Assembly: GCA_040766655.1 (NCBI GenBank)
Contig: JAXGQB010000013.1
Location: 31-64,030 of the forward strand
DNA: 64,000 bases
From: Anaerolineae bacterium
GTDB taxonomy: Bacteria > Chloroflexota > Anaerolineae > CG2-30-64-16
Reading direction: 5' to 3'
Each line of letters starts with the position of its first letter. Position 1 is the first letter of the stretch. A model generated the notes under the pieces. It did not search any database. It saw only the letters and a list, made by a program, of their open reading frames with translations, and had not been told where the DNA came from. A program made the translations under genes and the position numbers. This document shows, in pieces, positions 8,843 through 17,198 of this stretch.

Positions 8843-8871
8843 TTGACAATACTCGCACTTGCGGGTACAAA
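8843..8871 (+). promoter_or_regulatory. Promoter TTGACA-N17-TACAAA for the tandem DarA-like gene
   Basis: ttgaca at 8843-8848 and tacaaa at 8866-8871 with a 17-nt spacer. Confidence 0.4.
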
Positions 8872-8937
8872 AAGAGGACACCGTGGAAGACCGGAAGGAA
8901 TTTTGCCGCGCACGTCGTTGTTACGCTGGAGATCGCC

Positions 8938-9621
8938 ATGTTTCTGATGTTCCTCATCATACAAAGCGAGGACGCGGACGTCCTGACGCGGCGTCTCAAC
9001 AACTCGGGCGTGCGGGTCACCCGGCTCAACACGATGGGTGCATTTCTGTCGCGCGGCAACGTCACGTTCCTGGTGGGCGCTCGTGAGGATGAAGTCGAAC
9101 GGGTGATGGACGTGGTGCGCAGGACCTGTCACACGCGCAAGCGTTACATGAATCCCCTGCCGTCCGGCGCGGAGCCGGCCCATCTCGCGATGGCAGCACC
9201 GGCCTATCCGCTGGAGGTCATCATCGGCGGCGCCACGGTGTTCATCATACCGGTCGCGCGTTTCGCCCGTCTGGGGAGAGGCGCTTCTGCCGGTGAGCCC
9301 GAAACATCGCCATCCACGACTGGAGGAAAAGGCATGCAGATGGTAGTGAGCATCGTGGGTGCAGACGATGCGGAACCCGTGACCCGGGCATTGATCGCCG
9401 CGCGTTACCGCGTCACCCGCATGAACACTGCGGGCGGCTTCTTCCGCCGCGGCAACGTCACGTTGCTGATCGGAGTCGAGGAGTCGGAGGTGGATGACGT
9501 CCTCCGGGTGATCGACACGAGTGTCCGCCAGCGCGAGCAGGCCAACCCGGTCGAATCCGGCATGCCGATGTACGGTGCAACGGTGTTCGTGCTCGACGCG
9601 GCCCGCTTCGAACGCCTGTAA
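8938..9621 (+). CDS. Tandem-domain PII-like cyclic-di-AMP receptor family protein (two YaaQ/DarA-type domains)
   Basis: ATG at 8938 follows a GGAGA RBS. Domain 1 is MFLMFLIIQSEDADVLTRRLNNSGVRVTRLNTMGAFLSRGNVTFLVG. Domain 2 is MQMVVSIVGADDAEPVTRALIAARYRVTRMNTAGGFFRRGNVTLLIG. Both match the pattern of the single-domain paralogue at 19764. Confidence 0.7.
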   Translation: MFLMFLIIQSEDADVLTRRLNNSGVRVTRLNTMGAFLSRGNVTFLVGAREDEVERVMDVVRRTCHTRKRYMNPLPSGAEPAHLAMAAPAYPLEVIIGGATVFIIPVARFARLGRGASAGEPETSPSTTGGKGMQMVVSIVGADDAEPVTRALIAARYRVTRMNTAGGFFRRGNVTLLIGVEESEVDDVLRVIDTSVRQREQANPVESGMPMYGATVFVLDAARFERL

Positions 9622-9639
9622 GGAGTTCCGGCCCAGCGC

Positions 9640-10998
9640 CTAGCCGATCAGGAGTGTTTCCTCGGGGTAGAAGATCGGCTGAGGTGGCCTGGGCTTTGCG
9701 AGCGCGACCACGATCGTCAGCGCCCCCAGCCTGCCCCAGAACATCATCGCCATAATGATCATCTGGCCGAAGAGATTGAGCTGACCGGTAAACGAGAGCG
9801 ACATGCCGGTCGTGGCAAAGGCCGAGACCACCTCGAACAGGGCCACCGTGGCCGGAACCCGGTGCGTGATCAGGATCAGCCACGCGGCCGCGCCGACCGC
9901 CAGCAGCGACACGGTGAGCACCGCGCCGGCACGGCGCACCGTTTCAGCTGCCAGCGTGCGGTGGCCCACCCGTGTGTCCGGCAGACCGCGCACGTAGGAC
10001 CAAAGCGACAGGATCATGACGGCGAACGTCCCCGTGGTGATCCCGCCTCCCATGGAGGCAGGCGCCGAGCCGATGAACATGAGCGGCATCAGGAGCCACC
10101 GGCTCGCTTCGGTGAGGTATTCCCAGCTTGGCAGCACGGCAAAGCCCGCGGTGCGGGCTGAGATGGCCTGAAATGCCGCCAGCTGGATGGCCCTGAGCGG
10201 CGGCGTACCGGCGAGCGACGCCCCAGCTTCGCCGATGAGGATGCCGATTCCTCCGAGGAGAATGAGCGCGGCATAGGTCGCCAGCGTGACGCGCGTGTGG
10301 AGTGTCAGACGTTTGCGGCGATCGGGCCAGGTCAGCAGGTCCGCGACGACCGGTATGCCCAATCCTCCCAATACGATGAGAGATCCGATCACGGTGAGGC
10401 TGAAGCCATCGGTCGGAAATGAGGGACTTGGGGTCGATGACCCGGTGAACAGCTCGAAGCCGGCGTTGCAGAACGCTGACGCCGCATGGAACAGGGCGTA
10501 GAACGCCGCGGTGGCCGGCCCCAACTCATCCACCCAGTTCAGCCACAACTGCATCGCACCGATGACCTGGATGATCGCACTTGTCAGGATCACGCGCCAG
10601 GTAACGGTCAGGATGGCCCTCGGCTCGGGCAGGCCGAGCGAATCGCGGAGGGCCAACCGATCCGACAGGTAGACCTTGCGGCCCAGCAGGCGGAGGATTA
10701 CCACCGCGCCCGCCATGAACCCGACGCCGCCGATCTCGATGAGGCTGAGCAGGATGACCTGGCCGAAGCGGGTCAGATCGCTGGCAGGCGTGATGGTGGC
10801 CAGGCCGGTGACCGCCAGCGCGGAGGTGGCGGTGAACGCTGCCTCGGCCAGGCTGAGCGGCCGGGTGGCTGCCTGCGGCAGGGAGAGGGCCAGCGTCCCC
10901 ACTACGACGAGCAGCGCGAGTCCGGCGATTAACCTCAATGCCGAGGGCAGCAAGTAGTGCCGGCCCGGTTGTCGCAGGCCGGATGTCCGCCATCCCAT
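9640..10998 (-). CDS. ktrB: Potassium uptake protein, TrkH/KtrB family membrane subunit
   Basis: Polytopic protein with repeated pore-loop motifs (TATSALAVTGLATI, IEIGGVGFMAG, AFCNAGF, GGLGIPV). Confidence 0.85.
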   Translation of the reverse strand: MGWRTSGLRQPGRHYLLPSALRLIAGLALLVVVGTLALSLPQAATRPLSLAEAAFTATSALAVTGLATITPASDLTRFGQVILLSLIEIGGVGFMAGAVVILRLLGRKVYLSDRLALRDSLGLPEPRAILTVTWRVILTSAIIQVIGAMQLWLNWVDELGPATAAFYALFHAASAFCNAGFELFTGSSTPSPSFPTDGFSLTVIGSLIVLGGLGIPVVADLLTWPDRRKRLTLHTRVTLATYAALILLGGIGILIGEAGASLAGTPPLRAIQLAAFQAISARTAGFAVLPSWEYLTEASRWLLMPLMFIGSAPASMGGGITTGTFAVMILSLWSYVRGLPDTRVGHRTLAAETVRRAGAVLTVSLLAVGAAAWLILITHRVPATVALFEVVSAFATTGMSLSFTGQLNLFGQMIIMAMMFWGRLGALTIVVALAKPRPPQPIFYPEETLLIG

Positions 10999-11667
10999 CT
11001 ACGAGATCTCCACGAGTGCCTCGGTCTGTTCGTTCGTGCCGATGGCGACGAGAATGTCGTTCCGATCGAAGACAAAGTCCGTGGACGGCGCGACGATGAC
11101 GCCTGCGTCGCGTTTCACGGCCAACAGCGTCACGCCCCAGCGAGCGCGCAGATTGGCCTCGTGAAGCGTCCGGCCGACGAAACTGGGCGGTGTCTGAAAT
11201 TCGATCACGCTGTGTTGCGTGCCCACGGGAAGCTGTTCGAGCAGCAGCGGTGCGGTCAACAAGTGCGCGAGGCGCTGGCCCGCTTCGTGCTCGGGCAGGA
11301 TGACGCGGTCTGCGCCGACCTTCAGCAGCACCGCTTGCTGGCGCTCGGTGAGCGCCTTGCACACCACCTTCCGGACCCCCAGGCTCTTGAGCGCGACAGT
11401 GGTCAGCACGTTGTTCTCGAAGTCCTGCCCGATGGCGACGATCACGGTGTCGAAGGACGTGATGTCCAATGCGCGCAGTGCGTCTTCGTCCGTGGAATCC
11501 AGTGCGACCGTCTGCGTCAACTCGTCCGCCATGTCCTGGACGATCTGGCGGTCATGGTCGATGCCCAGTACCGTGAAGCCGCGGCGCACGAGGGTCAGGG
11601 CTACACCACGGCCGAATCGGCCCAGGCCGATCACCGCGAATTCCGGACGCGCGTTTCTCCGTGCCAT
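10999..11667 (-). CDS. ktrA: Potassium uptake regulatory subunit, TrkA/KtrA (RCK_N and RCK_C domains)
   Basis: Rossmann motif FAVIGLGRFGRGVA with a C-terminal RCK_C-like segment. It sits directly adjacent to ktrB. Confidence 0.85.
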   Translation of the reverse strand: MARRNARPEFAVIGLGRFGRGVALTLVRRGFTVLGIDHDRQIVQDMADELTQTVALDSTDEDALRALDITSFDTVIVAIGQDFENNVLTTVALKSLGVRKVVCKALTERQQAVLLKVGADRVILPEHEAGQRLAHLLTAPLLLEQLPVGTQHSVIEFQTPPSFVGRTLHEANLRARWGVTLLAVKRDAGVIVAPSTDFVFDRNDILVAIGTNEQTEALVEIS

Positions 11668-11771
11668 CGAGTCACTCCTTCACTCGCTGAATGTAGTGTT
11701 CCTGCCTGAGGCTCGATCAAAGATGTGCTATCTTTGTCCATCAGATTGACTGTTCTATGGACATTTATGCA

Positions 11772-11800
11772 TTGAGAACCTTGCGCGCATGTTATACAAT
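11772..11800 (+). promoter_or_regulatory. Promoter TTGAGA-N17-TACAAT
   Basis: ttgaga at 11772-11777 and tacaat at 11795-11800, in the divergent region between ktrA and the cooC-like gene. Inverted repeats CAAAGAT-N5-ATCTTTG and GTCCAT-N15-ATGGAC lie just upstream (11715-11765). Confidence 0.45.
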
Positions 11801-11851
11801 ATAGCCGCCATGGGGCAGTCAATATCAAGCACCGATCGTGAGGGAGCTATT

Positions 11852-12634
11852 ATGCCAAAGATTGCAATTACTGGGAAGGGCGGTGTCGGCAAGACGACCC
11901 TGACAGCGCTTCTGTCGAATGCGTATCGCGAGCGAGGGCAGGATGTCATCGCCATAGATGCTGACCCGGCGGGCAATCTGGGATTAGCCTTCGGCCTGAC
12001 TGCGCAACTTGACGCCGAACTCAAGCCGATCGCGGAGATGGAATCGTTGATCTACGAGCGGACGGGCGCGCAGCCGGGCACCGTCGGTGGCTGGTTCAAG
12101 CTGAATCCTAAGGTGGATGATATCCCTGAGACGCTGAGCATCACCCATCGCGGGGTCCGGCTTCTGCGCCTCGGCACCGTGCGCTCCGGCGGCGCCGGCT
12201 GTCTGTGTCCGGAAAATGCGCTGCTCAAGGCGCTGGTCACGCACCTGCTCCTGCGGAAGAACCAGACGCTCATCCTGGACATGGAAGCCGGCATCGAGCA
12301 CCTGGGTCGGGGCACGGCCGGTTCGGTCGATGCGTTCATCATCGTTGTGGAGCCTGGCCTTCGGAGCCTGGGCACGGCCGAGCAGATCCGCCAGCTTGCA
12401 TCCGAGATCGGCGTGTCGCGCGTCTACCTGGTTGCCAACAAGACGCGTGGGCCACAAGATGAAGCTTTCATCCGGGAACATTCCAATGGGGTGCCCTTGC
12501 TCGGGAGCTTGCCGTTCACATCCAACGCGGTTGCGGCGGACCAGGGCGGGCTGGCGGTGTTCGATGCCGCTCCGGACCTGGTGGAGGCGGCCAGTCGCAT
12601 TGTCGATGCCCTCGAGTCGGCATCGTCCGGCTGA
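11852..12634 (+). CDS. CooC/AcsF-type P-loop NTPase (Ni-insertion accessory ATPase family, MinD/ParA superfamily)
   Basis: ATG at 11852 follows a GAGGGAG RBS. The N-terminus MPKIAITGKGGVGKTTL carries a deviant Walker A. The metal-binding CxC motif GAGCLCPEN is typical of CooC. Confidence 0.7.
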   Translation: MPKIAITGKGGVGKTTLTALLSNAYRERGQDVIAIDADPAGNLGLAFGLTAQLDAELKPIAEMESLIYERTGAQPGTVGGWFKLNPKVDDIPETLSITHRGVRLLRLGTVRSGGAGCLCPENALLKALVTHLLLRKNQTLILDMEAGIEHLGRGTAGSVDAFIIVVEPGLRSLGTAEQIRQLASEIGVSRVYLVANKTRGPQDEAFIREHSNGVPLLGSLPFTSNAVAADQGGLAVFDAAPDLVEAASRIVDALESASSG

Positions 12635-12668
12635 GCGACCCGAAGCCGCGCAAGGGAGATGAAGCGCC

Positions 12669-13619
12669 ATGGCAGATGAACATCGCCTGAACAGCTACGA
12701 CGACAGGCCTGTCTACACCATCAAGACGGTGGTCCAGGACACGGGCATTGCACCGGCGACTCTGCGCGCCTGGGAGCGACGCTATGGGGTTCTTTCGCCC
12801 GGGCGCAGTGATGGCGGCTATCGGCTCTACTCGGAACGCGATGTTGCTACGTTGCGATGGCTCAAGGCCCAGGTGGATGCAGGGGTGTCCATCAGCCGTG
12901 CGGTTGCCCTGCTGCAGATGCATCACGAGGCAGGCGAGAATCCCGAGCTGGAGCTGCCGCGGGACGCGCGCTACGTGACTTCGTTCGGTGAGATTCGGGG
13001 CCAAGAGAGCCTGATCAAGGAGCTGGTTGAGGCGCTTGCTTCGTTTCAGGAGCCGCTCGCGGAAGGGGTGCTGAATGAGGCGTTCGCTCTGTACGCCGTA
13101 GATGTGGTCGCAGAACAGATCATTACGCCTGCGCTGGTCGAGATCGGCGAACGCTGGCATCTCGGTGAGCTGAGCATCGCACAGGAGCACTTCGCGACTG
13201 CGTTTCTGCGCCGCAGGCTGGCCATCCTCTTCCATGCCTATCCGCAGCCCTTAACAGGCCCGCTGGCGCTGACTGCTTCCGCACCTGCTGAGTGGCATGA
13301 TGTGGGCATCCTGCTCGTCTCCCTGGCCCTGCGCCGTCACGGCTGGCGGGTGCTTTACCTGGGCCAGAACATGCCGGCGGATGGTTTGGTACGCGAGGTG
13401 CGGAAGCTGAAGCCGGATCTCATTTGTATCTCGGCCGCCACAGAGGAAAGCGCAGTGGCCCTGGAACCCATCTACCGCGAGGTGATGGCGTTGTCGGAAG
13501 GGCGTCCCCAGCTCGCGTTCGGCGGCAACGCGTTTCGGGAGCACCCGGAGCTTGCCGAGCGTTATGCCGGGGCCAAGATTGCACAAAGTGCGACGGGGTT
13601 TGTCGAAGCGTTGAGCTGA
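12669..13619 (+). CDS. carH: CarH/LitR-type MerR-family regulator with adenosylcobalamin-binding domain (light-responsive repressor family)
   Basis: MerR HTH YTIKTVVQDTGIAPATLRAWERRYG. The four-helix-bundle signature W-x9-EH is present (WHLGELSIAQEH). The B12 lower-ligand motif is ExHxxG (EWHDVG), followed by ISAAT and FGG. Confidence 0.8.
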   Translation: MADEHRLNSYDDRPVYTIKTVVQDTGIAPATLRAWERRYGVLSPGRSDGGYRLYSERDVATLRWLKAQVDAGVSISRAVALLQMHHEAGENPELELPRDARYVTSFGEIRGQESLIKELVEALASFQEPLAEGVLNEAFALYAVDVVAEQIITPALVEIGERWHLGELSIAQEHFATAFLRRRLAILFHAYPQPLTGPLALTASAPAEWHDVGILLVSLALRRHGWRVLYLGQNMPADGLVREVRKLKPDLICISAATEESAVALEPIYREVMALSEGRPQLAFGGNAFREHPELAERYAGAKIAQSATGFVEALS

Positions 13620-13647
13620 TCGCACACTGTTTGTCCTGGTCCAGACG

Positions 13648-13675
13648 ATCCGCAGCCGCAGGGCTGCGGATTTTT
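13648..13675 (+). terminator. Rho-independent terminator after carH-like gene
   Basis: The stem atccgcagcc-gcag-ggctgcggat is followed by ttttt. Confidence 0.7.
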
Positions 13676-13764
13676 GTTGGCTGCGTCGCGACGCCCGCCG
13701 GCTCATGCGCGATAAAAGCAAATTTATAAATGATTAAGATTACATTAATGGCTTCGACAAAGTA

Positions 13765-13793
13765 TTGACATCGAGTCGCTTTCGTAGTATAGT
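13765..13793 (+). promoter_or_regulatory. Promoter TTGACA-N17-TATAGT, preceded by an unusually AT-rich tract (13715-13760)
   Basis: ttgaca at 13765-13770 and tatagt at 13788-13793. Confidence 0.5.
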
Positions 13794-13847
13794 AGCTTAC
13801 AGTCTGAGGCGAATTGCAGGTAAGTGAAGGTGTAGGAAGGACGGTCG

Positions 13848-14516
13848 ATGATGGTACACAAAGGTAAGCAACGATCAGTGCCGGAGATTCTCATCGAGCT
13901 TCGTGAGGATGATCCGGAGTTTAAGCAGGCGATAACAGCACAGTCATTCCGGCCGGGCCAGGTAGTGGCAGATCCGGAACACTTGAGTCGGAACCTTTTC
14001 ACCCTGATGAAGGGTCGTGTTCAACTGGTGCGAGAGGGCCCCAATGGCCGCCGCCTGGCCATCGCGACGCTGGGGCCAGGCTCCATGTTCGGCGAGGGTG
14101 CCATTCTGGGGGCCGTCGATCCGTCGGTGAAGGCGGTGGCGTTGACGGACTGCATCGTGTGGGCCGTGCCGCAACCCCAGGCGCAGAGCCTGACGTTGCG
14201 CTATCCGGTGCTGAGCTGGGGTCTGCTGCAGACCGTCGGCCAGCGGCTGGCCCAGGTCGAGAATCGCATGGAAGAGGTCGCCTACAAGCGGCTGCCGGAA
14301 CGACTGGCCGGCTTGCTGCTTGAGTTGGCCAACGGCGGACGGGCGATCCGTGGCACCAGCCACCAGGCCCTGGCCGACATGCTGGGAACCTACCGCGAGA
14401 CGATCAGTGCCATCCTGCGCAGCTTCAAGGATGACGGCCTGGTGGAACTGGGCTATCGCAAGATCGAGTTACGCGATCTTCCGGGACTGAAATTGGCGGC
14501 CGGCACGATCGAATAG
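13848..14516 (+). CDS. Crp/Fnr family transcriptional regulator
   Basis: A cNMP-binding-like beta-barrel (LFTLMKGRVQLV...GPGSMFGEGA) with a C-terminal HTH (SHQALADMLGTYRETISAILRSFKDDGLV). Confidence 0.8.
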   Translation: MMVHKGKQRSVPEILIELREDDPEFKQAITAQSFRPGQVVADPEHLSRNLFTLMKGRVQLVREGPNGRRLAIATLGPGSMFGEGAILGAVDPSVKAVALTDCIVWAVPQPQAQSLTLRYPVLSWGLLQTVGQRLAQVENRMEEVAYKRLPERLAGLLLELANGGRAIRGTSHQALADMLGTYRETISAILRSFKDDGLVELGYRKIELRDLPGLKLAAGTIE

Positions 14517-14582
14517 GATGGATTGACGCAGGACCCGCCGGCGCACCTACCGGTGACCGGCTCCAGGCGAATAGCCACGCAA

Positions 14583-14616
14583 CCGGGGGCAGCCACTTGC
14601 TGTGCCCCGGTTTTTT
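14583..14616 (+). terminator. Rho-independent terminator after crp-family gene
   Basis: An imperfect hairpin ccgggggcagc...gctgtgccccgg is followed by tttttt. Confidence 0.55.
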
Positions 14617-14747
14617 GTGGGACTTATCAAAACGGCGCGTTTGATGTATTATGATCATGTAACGAGGGCCGCGATCACGCACGGGAACCACGCAGGGTGA
14701 TCCCGGTCTCAGATCCGTGCCAGCTGCCGGAGGCTGCGGAGGACACG

Positions 14748-15437
14748 ATGGACGAGATAATCGAAACGATGGAGTTGCCGCTCTTCCCGTTGAACACGGT
14801 CCTGTTCCCGGGCCAGCTGCTGCCGCTGCACATCTTCGAAGAACGATACCGGCTGATGATCCGGCATTGCCTGGCGCAGGATCTGCCGTTTGGCGTCGTT
14901 CTGATCAAGCGGGGGCAGGAAGTGGGCGCCATGGCTGAGCCGCACAACGTCGGGACGATGGCTCGCATCATCGAAAGCACGCATCTGCATAACGGCGCGA
15001 TGAACATCGTGACCGTCGGGGTCGAGCGATTCAGGATCCGGCGGCTGCTCGGCGGCCAGCCCTACCTGAGGGGCGAGGTCCAATCGCTTCCGATGGCCGG
15101 GCTGGACGAAGCTGAGGCGCTGGCCGGGACGGCCAGCCATGTGCGCGAGCAGGTGGCGCAGTACATCTCGCTGATCTCCGATGCTGCCGGACTGCAGATC
15201 CAGGTGGACGAGATTCCCTCCACGCCCCAACAGACGGGCTACCTTGCGGCCGTCACGATGCAGATCGACAACCGGGAGAAGCAGGATTTGCTGGGCGCGA
15301 CCACCCTGGCCCAGATGCTCAGGCGCGAAGTCTCGTTGTTGAACCGGGAGAATGCGCTCCTGACCTGGATGTCGGGCAGTAAGGAATGGCCCGAGTCGGT
15401 GCAGTTCGGATTCAGCGGAACGCTAATGCCCAACTGA
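14748..15437 (+). CDS. Lon protease N-terminal (LON substrate-binding) domain protein
   Basis: LPLFPLNTVLFPGQLLPLHIFEERYRLMI is the hallmark of the Lon N-domain. There is no AAA or protease domain. ATG 14748 is preferred over the track start 14697. Confidence 0.7.
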   Translation: MDEIIETMELPLFPLNTVLFPGQLLPLHIFEERYRLMIRHCLAQDLPFGVVLIKRGQEVGAMAEPHNVGTMARIIESTHLHNGAMNIVTVGVERFRIRRLLGGQPYLRGEVQSLPMAGLDEAEALAGTASHVREQVAQYISLISDAAGLQIQVDEIPSTPQQTGYLAAVTMQIDNREKQDLLGATTLAQMLRREVSLLNRENALLTWMSGSKEWPESVQFGFSGTLMPN

Positions 15438-15493
15438 GACCCGGCTGAGACTCAGGGTGTAGCGCGTGTCTGTGTAACGCTTCGCACAGGTAT

Positions 15494-15522
15494 TTGACAC
15501 ATCGTCGTTTCGGTGGTATGAT
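15494..15522 (+). promoter_or_regulatory. Promoter TTGACA-N17-TATGAT, giving a leader of about 160 nt for cspA
   Basis: ttgaca at 15494-15499 and tatgat at 15517-15522. Long 5' UTRs are typical of cold-shock genes. Confidence 0.5.
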
Positions 15523-15689
15523 CCCGACCGTCGTGAAGCTTGCGATCGTCTGTCAGGGAGTAGGACAGTCACCAGTCACCGGTGCGTACGTCTGGCCCGG
15601 TGGCTTTTCTTTAAGTCTCTCCCTGCTCATGCTCGCAATGTAATACATCACGACGATCAGTTCTTACCATGCCAAGGAGGCACTTTCTA

Positions 15690-15899
15690 ATGGAAAGCAC
15701 GGGTGTTGTCAAGTGGTTCAGCCGGAGCAAGGGTTATGGGTTCATTTCGCCGGATGGCGGGGACAAGGACGTGTTCGTTCACTACTCCAACATCACCGGC
15801 GAGGGTTTCCGAAATCTTGATGCGGGCGAGCGGGTGCAGTTTGTCGTCGAGGATACCCCGAAGGGTCCGCAGGCCGTGATGGTAACGCCCGCCCAGTAA
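15690..15899 (+). CDS. cspA: Cold-shock protein (CSD)
   Basis: [35 protein letters not shown] carries the RNP1 (KGYGFI) and RNP2 (VFVHY) motifs. An AAGGAGG RBS lies upstream of ATG 15690. Confidence 0.9.
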   Translation: MESTGVVKWFSRSKGYGFISPDGGDKDVFVHYSNITGEGFRNLDAGERVQFVVEDTPKGPQAVMVTPAQ

Positions 15900-15925
15900 G
15901 GGCTGGTCACAACCAACCAACTTGA

Positions 15926-15951
15926 CCCCCGGCAATAACCCCGGGGGTTTT
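15926..15951 (+). terminator. Rho-independent terminator after cspA
   Basis: cccccgg-caataacc-ccggggg is followed by tttt. Confidence 0.7.
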
Positions 15952-16089
15952 CGGTTTAAATGGCAGGTCGCAGGGCGACGGCGTAGCGCAAATCACTTGT
16001 CAAGCGCCTTCGTTGTGGTAGAATGCGATAACAGGCGGCAGTGTATGCCTGGCTGAGTAAGTTTCTGATCCAGGAGTGATGGCAGTTTC

Positions 16090-17196
16090 GTGATCCGCCC
16101 GTTTGGTTTGCACGACATCTGGATGGTGCGACGCCTGCAACGCAGTGGCATCACCTTGACCGTCGAGCAGATGTTAACACATCCACACGAACCGCTCTGG
16201 ACGGCGCTTACGGCGCCCTGGCCGTGGGCCGGCGGGTCGGTGGGCGCGCTTGGGCGCGGTGGCGTTGCCACATTCGTGTTCGATGAGACGATCGATGGGC
16301 AGCGCAGGCACGGCTTTGCGCAACTGATGAAGCGCGCCAGCCGGCCAGAAGCGGACCTCCTTCACATCGCACCTGCCGCGCCCTTTGCGGAGACTGATGA
16401 GCGCACCATCGAGGTGATCTGGAACCGGTTGCTGGGGCACTGCTCCCTGGCTGCGGCCAGTCACAGTCTGCAGCGCATCTTTGCCAGCGCGCCGGAAGGG
16501 TGCTTCGAGCAGACCAGCCTCAAGCAGGCTGGTTTCTCTCATTATGCGCGGGAACGGATCTATCGGTTGGCGGTCGCGCCGGTAACTACGGAACGCGTCG
16601 CCGGGATCAGGCCGCAGCTGCCGCGTGATAGCTGGGCGCTTCAACGGCTCTATGCCCGCGGCACGCCCAAGCTGGTCCAGCAGGCCGAGGGCGCGATGGG
16701 CGGCAACGCGGGCGCGCCGCTCCTTTCGTGGTGGGAGCCTCACGAGTGGGATGGCCTGGTGTGGGAGCCGGCCGGCGAAGTGCGCGGCGCGGTCCAGGTG
16801 CACCGCGGCCGATCCGGTCACTGGCTGAGAGTGCTCGGCGCTAACGAGTTGTCGGCCCGCGAAGTGCGGCTCCTGATCGGGCAGGGCCTGCAACGGCTTA
16901 CCGAGAAGGTGGCGCCGCGCGATGGCAGCGATGATGCCGTCTATGTGACCGTCCGCGACTATGACGTCAATCTGAGCGCGGCGTTGACTGGTTTTGGATT
17001 TGCCCTGTTCATGGAACGGGCTCGCATGGTCAAGCACACGTCGGCGGGTGTCCGGGTATCCGAGCCCATGCCGGCTGCCGGGCGTGAGATGGTCGGTGAG
17101 TTGCCGGTGCGCGGGCCGGCGGGCTGCGATGCGCTGGCCGACCGCTCCATGCCGCTCGGCCATAAGCCCTTAGAAAACACGAGGATTTTCAGATAA
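16090..17196 (+). CDS. Hypothetical protein (possible duplicated GNAT-like fold, not established)
   Basis: A 368-aa ORF with GC3-rich codon usage consistent with coding. A possible promoter TTGTCA-N16-TAGAAT lies at 15997-16024. No diagnostic motif was recognised. Confidence 0.5.
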   Translation: MIRPFGLHDIWMVRRLQRSGITLTVEQMLTHPHEPLWTALTAPWPWAGGSVGALGRGGVATFVFDETIDGQRRHGFAQLMKRASRPEADLLHIAPAAPFAETDERTIEVIWNRLLGHCSLAAASHSLQRIFASAPEGCFEQTSLKQAGFSHYARERIYRLAVAPVTTERVAGIRPQLPRDSWALQRLYARGTPKLVQQAEGAMGGNAGAPLLSWWEPHEWDGLVWEPAGEVRGAVQVHRGRSGHWLRVLGANELSAREVRLLIGQGLQRLTEKVAPRDGSDDAVYVTVRDYDVNLSAALTGFGFALFMERARMVKHTSAGVRVSEPMPAAGREMVGELPVRGPAGCDALADRSMPLGHKPLENTRIFR

Positions 17197-17198
17197 GT

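Noticed and set aside
11668-11790. c-di-AMP (ydaO/kimA-type) riboswitch upstream of ktrA.
   Set aside because: The region is only about 120 nt, AT-rich, and lacks the pseudo-twofold ACGR/CCCA-type conserved segments. It looks like a divergent promoter/operator region.
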